Positions 7,873 to 20,309 of a stretch of 55,761 nt of DNA are shown here, piece after piece. The notes beneath the pieces are model-generated. The model did not search any database and was not told the origin of the DNA. It saw only the letters and a list, made by a program, of their open reading frames with translations. Position numbers and translations under genes: made by a program. How positions within the stretch are numbered: position 1 is the stretch's first letter; each line of letters starts with the position of its first letter. Origin of the DNA: an uncultured Elusimicrobia bacterium (GTDB lineage Bacteria; Elusimicrobiota; Elusimicrobia; CAZMIB01). The DNA lies in contig CAZMIB010000002.1 in the NCBI GenBank assembly GCA_964566245.1, forward strand, positions 1-55,761, written 5' to 3'.

Positions 7873-9081
7873 ATGCTGCGGCGCTACCTCGAGCACGTCG
7901 GCTTCCAGGAGAAGTTCGGACGACAAATGCGGTTCATCGCCGGCCCGCGCCAAGTCGGCAAGACGACCTTGCTCAAACGGCGCTTGGAGGCAAGCGGCAG
8001 CTCGGCCTTGTATTTCAATTGGGATCTCCGGAGCGTCCGCGACCACTACGGGAGAGACCCCTATTTCTTCAAGTCGGAGGCCTTGGCCCGAGGAATGAGG
8101 CGCGGCCGCATGCCGGTGGGCTTCGACGAGATGCATAAGTTCCCGAAATGGAAGAACATCCTCAAGGACTATTTCGACTCCTTCGAGGATCAATTCCAAT
8201 TCATCGTGACCGGCAGCGCGCGTTTGGACCTGTTTCGGAAGTCGGGAGATCCCTTGTCGGGCCGCTATTTTCTTTTCCGCCTGCTGCCGGTCTCACTTTT
8301 CGAGCTGGCCGGCTCCGTCTTGGCGCGTCCGGAGGCCGGGGCCTCGGCCTTCATCGAGTCGAGCCTTCATCCGTCCTGTCAGAGCGAGTTGGAGGCATTG
8401 CTTCGCTTCGGCGGCTATCCCGAGCCCCTGCTAAAGGCCGACGACGTCTTCAGCTCCAACTGGCACGCGCAGTACATCGACAGCCTGGTCCGGGAGGAGC
8501 TCCGGGACCTCACGCGCATTCACGAGTTGGAAAATGTCGCGACGTTGATGCGGCTGATTCCTCGGCGCGTCGGATCGCCGTTCTCGCTCCTCTCCGCCAG
8601 CGAGGACATGTCTGTCAGCTATAACGCGGCGAAGAACTATCTCCGCGCCCTGCTCCTGACGTACGTCGTCTTCGCCGTTCCCCCCTACCACCGGCGTCTG
8701 GCCCGAGCCATCAAGAAGGAAACCAAGGTCTACTTCCACGACTGGACGCAGGTGCCCGAGACGGCCGCCCGGTTCGAGAACTACGTGGCCTGCGAGCTCA
8801 AGCATCGAACCGAGTTGTGGACCATGACCTCGCCGCACACGTTCGAGTTGTATTACCTTCGCATGCGCGACGGCAGGGAAACGGACTTCTTGGTGACGAA
8901 GGACGGGGCCCCGTATTTCCTGGCGGAAGCCAAACTGTCGTCGCGGACCATGGAGCCGCATCATCTTTTGCACGCCGCGAAGGTAGGAGGCGTCCCGGTT
9001 GTTCAACTGCTGCTGGAGCCCGACGTGGTGCGCGCGGACAAGAACGGCGCTTACGTGGTCTCGGCCGCCAGGTTTTTTTAG
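7873..9081 (+). CDS. AAA_14/DUF4143-family ATPase (paralog 1)
   Basis: 402 aa. Walker A GPRQVGKTT, Walker B FDEMHK, TGSARLDLFRKSGDPLSGRY and a C-terminal DUF4143-like region. Colinear with 34549..35721. Confidence 0.85.
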   Translation: MLRRYLEHVGFQEKFGRQMRFIAGPRQVGKTTLLKRRLEASGSSALYFNWDLRSVRDHYGRDPYFFKSEALARGMRRGRMPVGFDEMHKFPKWKNILKDYFDSFEDQFQFIVTGSARLDLFRKSGDPLSGRYFLFRLLPVSLFELAGSVLARPEAGASAFIESSLHPSCQSELEALLRFGGYPEPLLKADDVFSSNWHAQYIDSLVREELRDLTRIHELENVATLMRLIPRRVGSPFSLLSASEDMSVSYNAAKNYLRALLLTYVVFAVPPYHRRLARAIKKETKVYFHDWTQVPETAARFENYVACELKHRTELWTMTSPHTFELYYLRMRDGRETDFLVTKDGAPYFLAEAKLSSRTMEPHHLLHAAKVGGVPVVQLLLEPDVVRADKNGAYVVSAARFF

Positions 9082-9096
9082 CCGCTCCGAACGGGC

Positions 9097-10185
9097 TCAG
9101 CGGAACGGCGGGACGAACTCGGAGAAGACGCGGTTGGCGACGTAGACGGCGCGGACGGAGAGGCGGGCCCGGCCGCCTCTGTCCAGCAGAAGGCCCTCGC
9201 GCTTGAGCTTGGCGAGCTGGGGCGCGAAGGCCTCGCGCTCCTCGATCGAAAGCCGGCGGCCTTCGAGAAGCCGAAGGCCGGTCATCAAGCCTTCGCCCAG
9301 CTTCTCCTTGCCCTCCAGGCGCTCCTCGAAACCGACCGGCGTGCGCCCCTCCCGGACGGCGGCGAGATAGTCCTCCAGGCGGTCGAGGTTGGTCCGCCGG
9401 GCGCCGCCTATATAAGAGGAAGCGCCGCAGCCCAGGCCCAGGTACTCGGCGCCGGTCCAGTACAGCGTGTTGTGGACGGCCTCCCGGCCGGGCAGCGCGA
9501 AGTTCGATATCTCATAGTGGCGGTAGCCGGCCTTCTTCAAGGTCGAAATGGTCAGCGCGAGCATGCGGCGCACGAGCTCCTCATCGGAGCGGACGCCGCG
9601 CTTGAAGAACAACGTCCGAGGCTCGACTTGCAGGCTGTACACGGAGACATGCTCGGGCTTGAGCCTGACGACCTCGGCCAGGCTCTCGCGGTGCTCCTCC
9701 AAGGTCTGGGTCGGCAGGCCGTACATGAGGTCGACGTTCACGTTGCCGATCGCGCGCGCGAGGGCGTAGGCCTTCAGGAACTCCGGGTAGTCGTGTTGAC
9801 GACCCAAAGCCTTGAGCAGGCGCGGTTGGACGACCTGCAAGCCGAGGCTCAGCCGACCGACGCCGGCCGCCTTCAGCACGGCGAGGTGGGCCTCGCTCAG
9901 GCTCTCGGGGTTGGCCTCGATCGTCGCCTCGGCGAGCCGGCCGAGCGGGCCGAGGCGCGCGGCGAGGCCGTTCAGCAGGGCCCCTAGCTGGGACGGCTCA
10001 AGCTCGGTGGGCGTCCCGCCGCCGATGTAGAGGGTGTCGAACCGGGTCTCGCCCGAGGCGTCAAGCTCCGTCAGCAGCGACTGGACGTAGGCGTCGCGCC
10101 GGCGGCCTTGGCCGGAGACGGCCGCGAAGTCGCAGTAGAAGCACTTGATCGAGCAGAAGGGAACGTGGACGTAGAGGCCTTTCAT
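9097..10185 (-). CDS. hemW: radical SAM family heme chaperone HemW (HemN-like)
   Basis: 362 aa. LYVHVPFCSIKCFYCDF (CxxxCxxC), YIGGGTP, HemN_C-like tail. Confidence 0.9.
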   Translation of the reverse strand: MKGLYVHVPFCSIKCFYCDFAAVSGQGRRRDAYVQSLLTELDASGETRFDTLYIGGGTPTELEPSQLGALLNGLAARLGPLGRLAEATIEANPESLSEAHLAVLKAAGVGRLSLGLQVVQPRLLKALGRQHDYPEFLKAYALARAIGNVNVDLMYGLPTQTLEEHRESLAEVVRLKPEHVSVYSLQVEPRTLFFKRGVRSDEELVRRMLALTISTLKKAGYRHYEISNFALPGREAVHNTLYWTGAEYLGLGCGASSYIGGARRTNLDRLEDYLAAVREGRTPVGFEERLEGKEKLGEGLMTGLRLLEGRRLSIEEREAFAPQLAKLKREGLLLDRGGRARLSVRAVYVANRVFSEFVPPFR

Positions 10186-10193
10186 GCGATGAG

Positions 10194-10288
10194 CCCCTCA
10201 CCCGCCCTCCGGGCACCCTCTCCCGCATGGAGAGGGCCCTTTCAGTATCTCCCTCTCCCCCTTGGGGGAGAGGGTCGGGGTGAGGGGG
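10194..10288. repeat. two inverted copies of a REP-like hairpin element (CCCCTCACCC-N-CCCTCTCCC-loop-GGGAGAGGG)
   Basis: Copy 1 at 10194..10236 (+), copy 2 at 10251..10288 (reverse). Each has its own CCCTCTCC/GGAGAGGG stem. The outer CCCCTCACCC / GGGTGAGGGG arms also pair. Sits between the SPFH stop and the hemW start. Confidence 0.7.
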
Positions 10289-10295
10289 CGTTGAA

Positions 10296-11048
10296 TTAGG
10301 ACTGCCCGTTGCGCTTCAGGAACATCTCGATCAGGTCGACCGGAACCGGGAAGATGGTCGTCGAGTTTTTCTCGGTCGCGACCTCGGTCAAGGTCTGAAG
10401 GTAGCGGAGCTGGATCGCGGCCGGGTTCTTCGCGATGATCGAGCCGGCCTCGGACAGCTTCTGCGCGGCCTGGAACTCGCCCTCGGCGTGGATGATCTTC
10501 GCGCGGCGCTCGCGCTCGGCCTCGGCCTGGCGCGCGATCGCGCGCTGCATCTCGACCGGCAGGTCGACGTTTTTCACCTCTACGTTCGCGACCTTGATGC
10601 CCCAGGCCTCGGTGTGGATGTCGAGGATGCGCTGAATATCCTGGTTGATCTTCTCGCGGTTCGCGAGCAGGTCGTCGAGCTCGACCTGGCCGAGCACCGA
10701 GCGGAGCGTCGTCTGCGCGAGCTGGCTGGTCGCGTAGTGGTAGTTCTCGACGCTGAGCACCGCGGACTTCGGGTCGACGACGCGGAAGAACACGACCGCG
10801 TTGACCTTGACCGAGATGTTGTCGCGCGTGATCACGTCCTGCGGCGGAACGTCGAGCACCACCACGCGCAGGCTGACGCGGAACATCTGCATGACGCCGG
10901 GGAAGATGATCCGGAGGCCCGGGTCCTTGACCTCGTAAAAGCGGCCGAGCAGCAGGATCACCGCGCGCTCGTACTCGTTGATGACCTTGATGCAGCTGCT
11001 CACGAAGATGAACGCCGCGACGAGTATCGGAAACAGACCCGCGATCAT
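10296..11048 (-). CDS. SPFH/band-7 (stomatin-like) membrane protein
   Basis: 250 aa. N-terminal TM then [16 protein letters not shown]..., ...[23 protein letters not shown]..., typical slipin/HflK-C fold sequence. Confidence 0.92.
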   Translation of the reverse strand: MIAGLFPILVAAFIFVSSCIKVINEYERAVILLLGRFYEVKDPGLRIIFPGVMQMFRVSLRVVVLDVPPQDVITRDNISVKVNAVVFFRVVDPKSAVLSVENYHYATSQLAQTTLRSVLGQVELDDLLANREKINQDIQRILDIHTEAWGIKVANVEVKNVDLPVEMQRAIARQAEAERERRAKIIHAEGEFQAAQKLSEAGSIIAKNPAAIQLRYLQTLTEVATEKNSTTIFPVPVDLIEMFLKRNGQS

Positions 11049-11082
11049 GGCTCCTCCGCCGGAATGGGGATGCCCGGTTATA

Positions 11083-11844
11083 TCAAAAGGGGACCCGGAC
11101 GCGCATGAGGTCGCGTGCCACGCGGACTTTGGGCGTCTTAATGAGGCGCTTCAGCTCGCGGGCCGAGGCTTCCGAGACGTGCGTGATCAGGGCCTTGCGG
11201 CAGCCGGAGGCCTCGACGGCCGCCAAGGCGCGGCGGGGCGTCATGTGGCCCGGCAAGGGGTCGTTCTCCGGCTGGGCGCATTCCAGAAGGAACAGGTCGC
11301 AGCCGGCCGCGAAGCGCGGCAGGTCCTCTCCGGGGCCCGTGTCTCCCGAGTAAACGAGGCTGCGCCCCTTCGCCTCGAGGCGGTAAGCCAAGTTGTACGC
11401 GGAGTGCGGCGTCCGTTGGGCGCGCAGCGTCCAGCCCTCTCCCGCGACACGCGCCCCGCTCTCAAGCTCCCGCGCGACGGCCCGATAGCCCCGCGGCGAG
11501 ACCCACGGCGCGTGCAGCCGCTGCAGGCCGTTCCAAAACTTCAGGAAGCCCGGCGGGCCGTAGACGTTGAGGGTTCCGCTTTTCGGCTTGGCGTCATAAC
11601 GGAACATGAACAACAGCGCCGCGAGGTCGCCCAGATGGTCCAGATGCAGATGGGTCAGAAAGACGTGCGACACGTCCCTCGGATCGAGCCCCGCCCGGAC
11701 CATTTGCCTGAGGTTGCCGAAGCCGAAATCGAGCAGGATGATCCGCCCGCCGAGCCGTACCGCATGGCCCGCCGGGTTGCGGACCTCCCCTTTCCCCGGC
11801 GGCGGCGGCGCGAAGGCGCCCGAGCCCAGCACCACGAGTTCCAC
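11083..11844 (-). CDS. MBL-fold metallo-hydrolase (RNase Z-like)
   Basis: 253 aa. HLHLDHLGD (HxHxDH) motif; later H and D ligands (PHSAYNL, SGDTG, THVS). Confidence 0.85.
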   Translation of the reverse strand: MELVVLGSGAFAPPPPGKGEVRNPAGHAVRLGGRIILLDFGFGNLRQMVRAGLDPRDVSHVFLTHLHLDHLGDLAALLFMFRYDAKPKSGTLNVYGPPGFLKFWNGLQRLHAPWVSPRGYRAVARELESGARVAGEGWTLRAQRTPHSAYNLAYRLEAKGRSLVYSGDTGPGEDLPRFAAGCDLFLLECAQPENDPLPGHMTPRRALAAVEASGCRKALITHVSEASARELKRLIKTPKVRVARDLMRVRVPF

Positions 11845-11888
11845 GGCCCGATTCTAGGACCTTGGTGTCGGGCGCATCAAGTTATCTC

Positions 11889-11917
11889 TTGATATCGCGG
11901 AGAATGAGCTTCATACT
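11889..11917 (+). promoter_or_regulatory. sigma70-type promoter for the Cys-rich secreted protein gene
   Basis: TTGATA (11889..11894), 17 nt, CATACT (11912..11917). GGAGG at 11930..11934 precedes ATG 11939. Confidence 0.45.
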
Positions 11918-11938
11918 AATGCCGAGGACGGAGGCGAC

Positions 11939-12670
11939 ATGATGCTCTGGAGAAAAAAACGGCACGGAGCAATCCTCGCGTGTTGCCTTGTTTTTATCAG
12001 CTTTGTCGCGGTGAATGACTGCACGGCCGGCCAACCCTCCACGGGTCCTACATGGCGTTTCCTCGGGCCGGGCGATTGCAGAGAGCACGATGTGGACCGG
12101 ACTTTGGGCAGCGCCGAGCCGGATCCTTCGCGGTGCTCGGCAAGGTCGAAGGCAAAAATCGCGGTGTGCTGGAGCAACCGCTGGCCGTTTTCCCCCGGCT
12201 GCACCTACAAGGACCTCCCCGCCGACAAATGCGTGGGCGGCCCCAGTCCGGGCAACTTTTACGTGTGCGCCGATTCGCACACGGTGATCACCCGGACCTT
12301 CACGATCACCCCCATGACGGATGTTCCGCCCAGCGCGGTCATCACCCAACCCTCGGGCAAGATGCCCGTATCAGATTGGTTTGCGAGGAATCTTCATGGC
12401 ACGGTGAACATCGTATGCGCGCCCGAGAACCCGGGCGACCCTGCTTACAAGAAGACCAAGTGCGACGGCTCGCCGACGGAACATAACGGCAAGCAAGCGT
12501 GGAAGAAGTTCATGACCGGACCTTCCGTCTCTTTTACCGTCGAGTTCAGCGGCAACCCGACGCTGACCTTTTGCTTTCGTGCGACGACCTCCACGTGCGT
12601 CTCAACGCCGGCTCTAGGCAACAATAAGCTCGAGATGAACGTCCCCTTCCTTCTCCTCAATCATCACTAG
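11939..12670 (+). CDS. secreted or anchored Cys-rich hypothetical protein
   Basis: 243 aa. N-terminal signal/anchor (AILACCLVFISFVAV), 14 Cys, no family motif recognised. Own promoter and RBS. Region is visibly less GC-rich than its neighbours. Confidence 0.6.
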   Translation: MMLWRKKRHGAILACCLVFISFVAVNDCTAGQPSTGPTWRFLGPGDCREHDVDRTLGSAEPDPSRCSARSKAKIAVCWSNRWPFSPGCTYKDLPADKCVGGPSPGNFYVCADSHTVITRTFTITPMTDVPPSAVITQPSGKMPVSDWFARNLHGTVNIVCAPENPGDPAYKKTKCDGSPTEHNGKQAWKKFMTGPSVSFTVEFSGNPTLTFCFRATTSTCVSTPALGNNKLEMNVPFLLLNHH

Positions 12671-12749
12671 GAAAGTCTGCCAGGGAAGAACCGCCGGCAG
12701 ACCTTCGATTCGGCTTGTCCATGGAGGCGGAAGGAGCTATACTGGCTTC

Positions 12750-13268
12750 ATGTTCGCGCCGACGGCCAAGGTATCCACGCAGCGGGGGCCGGTCGCCCTC
12801 CAAGTCCTTTTCAAGGAGAGCGGCTCGCCCAAGCCTAATCCCGAGGGCGGGCAGATCGTCTACCCGGGCAAGCTGCTGGTGATGACCCACACCGGGCACA
12901 TGCGCCGCGCCGAGGCGGTCATCCGACAGCCGCTTAAGGGCAAGCTGCTCCGTATTTCCATCGGAGCCGAGGCCCCGATCGAGTGCACGCCGGACCAGCG
13001 CTTCTTCGTCGTGAAGCAAGGGCCCGCCGGCGAGACGGTCGAGGAGGCCGCCGCGCGCGAGCTCGAGATCGGGACCCCGCTCGTCTCGCCGTCCGCCTCC
13101 GGCTCCTGGGCCGGGAAGGGCGCCGCGAAGGTCCATCTCGGCGAGGGAAACGCGAACGCTCTGCCGATCGCGACGATGGCCGTCGAGCCCTACGACGGCT
13201 GGGTCTACAACCTCGTCGTCAAGGACGACAGCTCCTACCTCGTCCAGCACGCCGCCGTCAAAACCTGA
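12750..13268 (+). CDS. stand-alone, catalytically degenerate Hint (intein/hedgehog-like) domain protein
   Basis: 172 aa, very high GC3 in this frame (antisense ORF 12657..13286 rejected). Block-B-like LLRISIGAEAPIECTPDQRFFVV (TxxH with H replaced by Q). Block-F/G-like GWVYNLVVKDDSSYLVQHAAV. No N-terminal Cys/Ser nucleophile and no terminal HN. Confidence 0.55.
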   Translation: MFAPTAKVSTQRGPVALQVLFKESGSPKPNPEGGQIVYPGKLLVMTHTGHMRRAEAVIRQPLKGKLLRISIGAEAPIECTPDQRFFVVKQGPAGETVEEAAARELEIGTPLVSPSASGSWAGKGAAKVHLGEGNANALPIATMAVEPYDGWVYNLVVKDDSSYLVQHAAVKT

Positions 13269-13337
13269 ATTTTTCCGGAACGGCATTTTCCGGAGTCCCC
13301 CTTGCGGACGGGGGGTTCTTTTGTTAGCCTAACCCCC

Positions 13338-14348
13338 ATGAGACCCGACCCGAAGTTGAGCCGACTTTTTGCTTTGCTGTGCGCCGTCGCCGTCCTGGCC
13401 CCCGCCTTCGCGGCGGAGCCCGACGTCCTCGTGACCGTGAACGGCAAGCCGATCAAGCGGACCGCGGTGCAGGATCGAGTCTGGAGCCTGCACGCCAGCG
13501 ACGTCCTGAACCAGATGGTCGACGAGGACCTGGTCCAGCAGGCGCTGACGGACTTCGAGACCAAGGGAAAGCAGAAGGACAAGGACGCCTGGAAGAAGGA
13601 GATCGACGCCCGCTTCGGCCGCGTGCGCGACCAGTTCAAGGACGAGGCTTCCTTCAACGAGCAGCTCAAGAAGTCCGGCACGAACGCCGACACCCTGCGC
13701 AAGCAGATCGAGTCGCAGGTGATGCGCGAGCAGCTCGTGATCTCGGCCAAGAAGCTCACGGTGAAGCCCGAGGAGGTCTCGGCCTTCTTCGAGGCGAACA
13801 AGGAAAAGCTCAGCAGCAAGGAGGCCGTGCACCTGCGGCACATCCTGATCTCCGACGAGAAGCAGGCCAAGGACGTCCTGGTCGCGCTGCGCGTCGGCGC
13901 CGACTTCTCGAAGCTCGCGCAGGAGATCTCGCTGGACACCGGCTCGCGCGACCGCGGCGGCGACCTCGGCTTCGTCGCTCGCGGGATGGTGATCCCCGAC
14001 ATCGACAAGGTCGCGTTCAGCATGAAGTCCGGCCAAGTCTCGGACCTCATCAAGACCCAGCTCGGCTACTCGATCATCAAGGTCGAGGAGAAGCGCGAGG
14101 CCAAGCCGGCCGTCTTCAAGGACATCGAGAAGGACCTCACGCAGGCGGTGCTGGCCCAGAAGATCACGCAGACCTGGCCGGTGTACGTGAAGGAACTGCG
14201 CGACTCCGCCAAGATCGACCTGTCCCCGGCCGTGACCAGCGGACCCAAGGCCGCCTCCGCGGCGCCGGCTCCGGCCGCGAAAGCCGCCCCCAAGGCCGCG
14301 AAGGCCCCCAAAGCCGCCTCGAAGGCCTCGGAGCCGAAAGCCGACTAA
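13338..14348 (+). CDS. SurA/PrsA-like parvulin peptidyl-prolyl isomerase (secreted)
   Basis: ATG 13338 (MRPDPKLSRLFALLCAVAVLAPAFA signal peptide). SurA_N-like region. Parvulin core HLRHILI...A.EIS.D..SRDRGGDLGFV.RGMV.P..D..AF....G.VS..I.T..GY.II. Lys/Ala/Pro-rich tail. Confidence 0.85.
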   Translation: MRPDPKLSRLFALLCAVAVLAPAFAAEPDVLVTVNGKPIKRTAVQDRVWSLHASDVLNQMVDEDLVQQALTDFETKGKQKDKDAWKKEIDARFGRVRDQFKDEASFNEQLKKSGTNADTLRKQIESQVMREQLVISAKKLTVKPEEVSAFFEANKEKLSSKEAVHLRHILISDEKQAKDVLVALRVGADFSKLAQEISLDTGSRDRGGDLGFVARGMVIPDIDKVAFSMKSGQVSDLIKTQLGYSIIKVEEKREAKPAVFKDIEKDLTQAVLAQKITQTWPVYVKELRDSAKIDLSPAVTSGPKAASAAPAPAAKAAPKAAKAPKAASKASEPKAD

Positions 14349-14385
14349 GCCGTCTCGTTTCTACCGGACCCCACCGGGGGTTACA

Positions 14386-14418
14386 GCTCGCCCCACGCGA
14401 TCCTCGCGTGGGGCGAGC
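14386..14418 (+). terminator. perfect 14-bp GC-rich hairpin after the PPIase gene, followed by a second hairpin with a T8 loop
   Basis: GCTCGCCCCACGCG-atcct-CGCGTGGGGCGAGC (14386..14418), then GGGGGTC-TTTTTTTT-GACCCCC (14428..14449). The T-run is not immediately 3' of the first stem, so it is not a textbook intrinsic terminator. Confidence 0.45.
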
Positions 14419-14491
14419 GCCGCTAGAGGGGGTCTTTTTTTTGACCCCCCGACGGGAAAAATGCTATTTTAAACATGCGTTTTCTTTGAAA

Positions 14492-15595
14492 ATGACCCCG
14501 GACGAGCGGTGGATGCGCGCGGCCCTGGCCCTGGCGGCCAAGGGCGAGGGCAAGGTGAGCCCGAACCCCCTCGTCGGCTGCGTGCTGGTCAAGGGCGGAC
14601 GAGTGATCGCCCGGGCCTGGCACGCGCGCTTCGGCGGCCCCCACGCCGAGGCCGAGGCCCTTCGCTTGGCCGGCCCCGCCGCGCGCGGCGCGACGGCCTA
14701 CGTCAATCTCGAGCCGTGCTGCCATTTCGGCAAGACTCCCCCCTGCACCCGCGCGCTGATCGCGGCCGGCGTGAAGACCGTCGTCGCGGCGATGGAGGAC
14801 CCCAATCCCAAGGTTTCCGGAAAGGGCTTCGCCGAGCTCAAGCGCGCGGGCGTCGCCGTCCGCGTCCCGGTCCTGCGCGACGAGGCCCTGCGCCTTAACC
14901 GAGCCTTCGCCGTCTCGATGTCCGCCGGACGGCCCTACGTCATCCTGAAGGCCGCGGCCAGCCTGGACGGCAAGATCATGAGCGCCGACGGCGAGTCCAA
15001 GTGGATCACCTCGGCCGAGGCGCGCCGCGCGACGCACGCGCTGCGAAGCCGCACGGACGCGATCCTCGTCGGCATCAACACCGTCCTGCGAGACGACCCG
15101 GAGCTGACCAGCCACGGCGCGGGGCGCGACCCCGTGCGCGTCGTGTTCGGCACCGAGCTGCGCATCCCCCCGGGCGCGAGGGTGCGGAAGGGACCGTCGA
15201 CGCCCGTCATCGCGACCGCGCGCCGCAGCTTCCCGAAGGTCAGCCGCCTGCGCGCGGAACGGCTGTGCCTGCTGCGCGTCAAGCAGGGGCCGCGCGGCGT
15301 CGACCTCCACGACCTGCTGGCCCAGCTCAAGAGCATGGGCGTCGGCATCCTGCTCGTCGAGGGCGGCGCGCGGACGCACACCAGCTTCCTCAGCGAGGGC
15401 CTGGTCGACGAGGTCCGGCTTTTCCTCGCGCCGCGGCTGATCGGCGGCGAGGGGGCCCGAACCTTCTTCGAGGGTCGCGGCCTTCCGCTGGCCCGCAGCC
15501 TCAGGTTGAGCGAATGCTCGGTCCAACGCGTCGGTCCCGATTTCATGATCAGCGGCCTCGTCGATCCCCTCTCCAAGCCGTCCCGGGAGATCTGA
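14492..15595 (+). CDS. ribD: bifunctional riboflavin biosynthesis deaminase/reductase RibD
   Basis: Internal ATG 14492 of run-through ORF 13379..15595. CMP/dCMP deaminase zinc motif HAE...[11 protein letters not shown]. RibD_C reductase domain. Confidence 0.93.
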   Translation: MTPDERWMRAALALAAKGEGKVSPNPLVGCVLVKGGRVIARAWHARFGGPHAEAEALRLAGPAARGATAYVNLEPCCHFGKTPPCTRALIAAGVKTVVAAMEDPNPKVSGKGFAELKRAGVAVRVPVLRDEALRLNRAFAVSMSAGRPYVILKAAASLDGKIMSADGESKWITSAEARRATHALRSRTDAILVGINTVLRDDPELTSHGAGRDPVRVVFGTELRIPPGARVRKGPSTPVIATARRSFPKVSRLRAERLCLLRVKQGPRGVDLHDLLAQLKSMGVGILLVEGGARTHTSFLSEGLVDEVRLFLAPRLIGGEGARTFFEGRGLPLARSLRLSECSVQRVGPDFMISGLVDPLSKPSREI

Positions 15596-15598
15596 ACG

Positions 15599-16174
15599 AT
15601 GTTCACCGGCATCGTCGAGGGCATGGGAGAGGTCCTGGAGAACGGCGGCGGCGCCTTGTCGCTGCGCGCCGGCATCCGCGGCCTGCGCCTCGGCGGCAGC
15701 CTCAGCGTGAACGGCGCCTGCCTGACGCTCGCGCGCCAAAGCAAGCGCGCGCTGGTCTTCGAGATGAGCCGCGAGACGCTCGAGCGCACGAACCTCGGCC
15801 GCCTCGGAACGGGCGACAAGGTCAACCTCGAGCGGCCCTTGGCCGCGGGCGAGCCCCTCGGCGGGCACATCGTCACCGGCCACGTCGACGCGACGGTTCC
15901 GCTTTTGGAGCGGGAGGAGCAGCCCGGGGGCTTCGCGCGGCTGCGCTTCGGCCTGCCGCGCGAGCTCGCCGGCTTCGTCGCGGTCAAGGGCTCCGTCACG
16001 GTCGACGGCGTCAGCCTGACCGTGACGCGCGCGGCGCCGCGCTTCTTCGAGTCGGTCCTGATACCCCACACCCTCGAGCGCACGACGCTCGGGAACCGGC
16101 GCCCGGGAGAGCCGGTGAACCTCGAGGTCGACGTGCTGGCGCGCTACGTCCGGCGCGCGATGGAATGTCGATGA
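15599..16174 (+). CDS. ribE: riboflavin synthase alpha subunit
   Basis: 191 aa. MFTGIVEG start; two lumazine-binding repeats (GDKVNLE / GEPVNLE). Confidence 0.93.
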   Translation: MFTGIVEGMGEVLENGGGALSLRAGIRGLRLGGSLSVNGACLTLARQSKRALVFEMSRETLERTNLGRLGTGDKVNLERPLAAGEPLGGHIVTGHVDATVPLLEREEQPGGFARLRFGLPRELAGFVAVKGSVTVDGVSLTVTRAAPRFFESVLIPHTLERTTLGNRRPGEPVNLEVDVLARYVRRAMECR

Positions 16175-17436
16175 AAAGCCCCTTCAGCCCCATACCGGCC
16201 GCGATCGCGGACATCCGCCGCGGACGCCTCGTGATCGTCGTCGACGACCCCTCGCGCGAGAACGAGGGCGACCTCGTCTGCGCCGCCTCGAAGGCGACGA
16301 TCGACAAAATCAACTTCATGGCGCGCTGGGGCCGGGGCCTCATCTGCGCGCCGATGACCGCGCGCCGGCTCGACGAGCTTCAGCTTTCCCCGATGGTCGA
16401 CCCGCACGCGCACGTCGGCCCCGGCAAGGATACCGCGTTCTCGATCTCGGTCGACGCCAGGCTCGGCACCACGACCGGCATCAGCGCCCCGGACCGCTGG
16501 CGCACGATACGCGCGCTGATCGACCCGCGCACGCGCCCCGACGACCTAGTCCGCCCGGGCCACGTCTTCCCCTTGCGCGCGAAAGACGGCGGCGTGCTCG
16601 TGCGCGCGGGCCATACCGAGGCCGCGGTCGACCTCGCGCGCCTGGCCGGCCTGCCGGCGGCCGGGGTGATCTGCGAGATCCTCAATCCCGACGGCTCGAT
16701 GGCGCGCCTGCCGGGCCTGACCGCGTTCGCGCGGCGGCACGGCCTGAAAATGATCACGATCGCGGACCTCATCGAGCACCGCCGCCAACACGAGCGCCTC
16801 GTGAAGGCCGTGGTCCAGGCCGAGCTGCCGACCCGCTACGGAACCTTCCGCCTGCACCTCTACGAGGAGGTCCTGACCGGCAAGCAGCACCTGGCGTTGG
16901 TGCGCGGCGACGTCTCCGGCGGCAAGGGCGTGCTGGTCCGCGTCCACTCCTCGTGCATCACCGGCGACACCTTGTTCTCGATGCGCTGCGACTGCGGCGA
17001 CCAGCTCGCGCGGGCTCTCGCCCGGATCGCGCGCGAGGGGCGCGGCGTGCTGCTTTACCTGAGCCAGGAGGGCCGGGGCATCGGCCTGCTGAACAAGATC
17101 CGCTCGTACGCGCTGCAGGACAAGGGGCTCGACACGGTCCAGGCCAACGAGGCCCTGGGTTTCAAGGCCGACCTGCGCGAGTACGGCATCGGCGCGCAGA
17201 TCCTGGCCGACCTCGGGCTGTCGACGATCCGGATCCTCACGAACAACCCCCGCAAGATCGTCGGCATCGAGGGTTACGGACTCAAGGTGGTCGAGCGCGT
17301 GCCGCTGCAGGTCCGCCCGAACCGCCACAGCGAGCGCTACATCAAGGCCAAGCGCGAGAAGCTCGGCCACCTGCTCGACCATTTCTCGTTGGACAGCCTC
17401 AGCTTTCCCAAAGTAACGAAGGGGGCCTCGAATTGA
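16165..17436 (+). CDS. ribBA: bifunctional 3,4-dihydroxy-2-butanone-4-phosphate synthase / GTP cyclohydrolase II
   Basis: ATG 16165 (or 16171) inside run-through ORF 15001..17436. [28 protein letters not shown] (DHBPS). HSSCITGD...[14 protein letters not shown] (GCH II). Confidence 0.95.
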   Translation: MSMKSPFSPIPAAIADIRRGRLVIVVDDPSRENEGDLVCAASKATIDKINFMARWGRGLICAPMTARRLDELQLSPMVDPHAHVGPGKDTAFSISVDARLGTTTGISAPDRWRTIRALIDPRTRPDDLVRPGHVFPLRAKDGGVLVRAGHTEAAVDLARLAGLPAAGVICEILNPDGSMARLPGLTAFARRHGLKMITIADLIEHRRQHERLVKAVVQAELPTRYGTFRLHLYEEVLTGKQHLALVRGDVSGGKGVLVRVHSSCITGDTLFSMRCDCGDQLARALARIAREGRGVLLYLSQEGRGIGLLNKIRSYALQDKGLDTVQANEALGFKADLREYGIGAQILADLGLSTIRILTNNPRKIVGIEGYGLKVVERVPLQVRPNRHSERYIKAKREKLGHLLDHFSLDSLSFPKVTKGASN

Positions 17437-17864
17437 TCGGGATCGCGGTCAGCGAGTTCAACGAGGAGATCACCGGGCGGCTGCTCGCGAGCTGCCTGCG
17501 CGCCCTCAAGGAGGGCGGGGCCGAGGCCGAGGTCGTGCGCGTGCCCGGCGCCTACGAGCTGCCGTGGACGGCCCAGGAGCTCGCGCTGTCCAAGCGCTTC
17601 GACGCGGTGGTCTGCCTCGGCGCGGTGATCCAGGGCCAGACCAAGCACGATTTCTACATCGCGGACGCGGTCTCGAAGGCGCTGCAGGAGATCTCGGTGC
17701 GCACCCGGGTGCCCTGCCTGTTCGGCGTGCTGACGCCGAAAAACGAGAAGCAGGCCCTGGCCCGGACGCGCGGAAGCCTGGATCGCGGCCGCGAGGTGGG
17801 GCTGGCCGCGTTGAGGATGGCGGAGCTTAGGCGCCGCTCAGCCGCAGGGAAGCTCGGAGACTGA
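17433..17864 (+). CDS. ribH: 6,7-dimethyl-8-ribityllumazine synthase
   Basis: TTG 17433 overlapping the ribBA stop (TTGA). [40 protein letters not shown]. Confidence 0.9.
   Translation: MIGIAVSEFNEEITGRLLASCLRALKEGGAEAEVVRVPGAYELPWTAQELALSKRFDAVVCLGAVIQGQTKHDFYIADAVSKALQEISVRTRVPCLFGVLTPKNEKQALARTRGSLDRGREVGLAALRMAELRRRSAAGKLGD

Positions 17865-20308
<2,444 letters not shown>

Positions 20309-20309
<1 letters not shown>

Noticed and set aside
13379-14491. N-terminal extensions of run-through ORFs (13379..15595, 15001..17436, 16953..17864, 27724..29847, 28923..30203, 37199..38455, 39867..41786, 88..1551)
   Set aside because: The upstream parts overlap the preceding real gene in another frame and are Arg/Pro-rich. 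Internal starts give proteins of canonical length with canonical N-termini, often with ATGA, GTGA or TTGA stop/start overlaps.
14349-14491. FMN riboswitch upstream of ribD
   Set aside because: The 140-nt leader contains only simple hairpins. None of the conserved FMN-element core sequences are recognisable.
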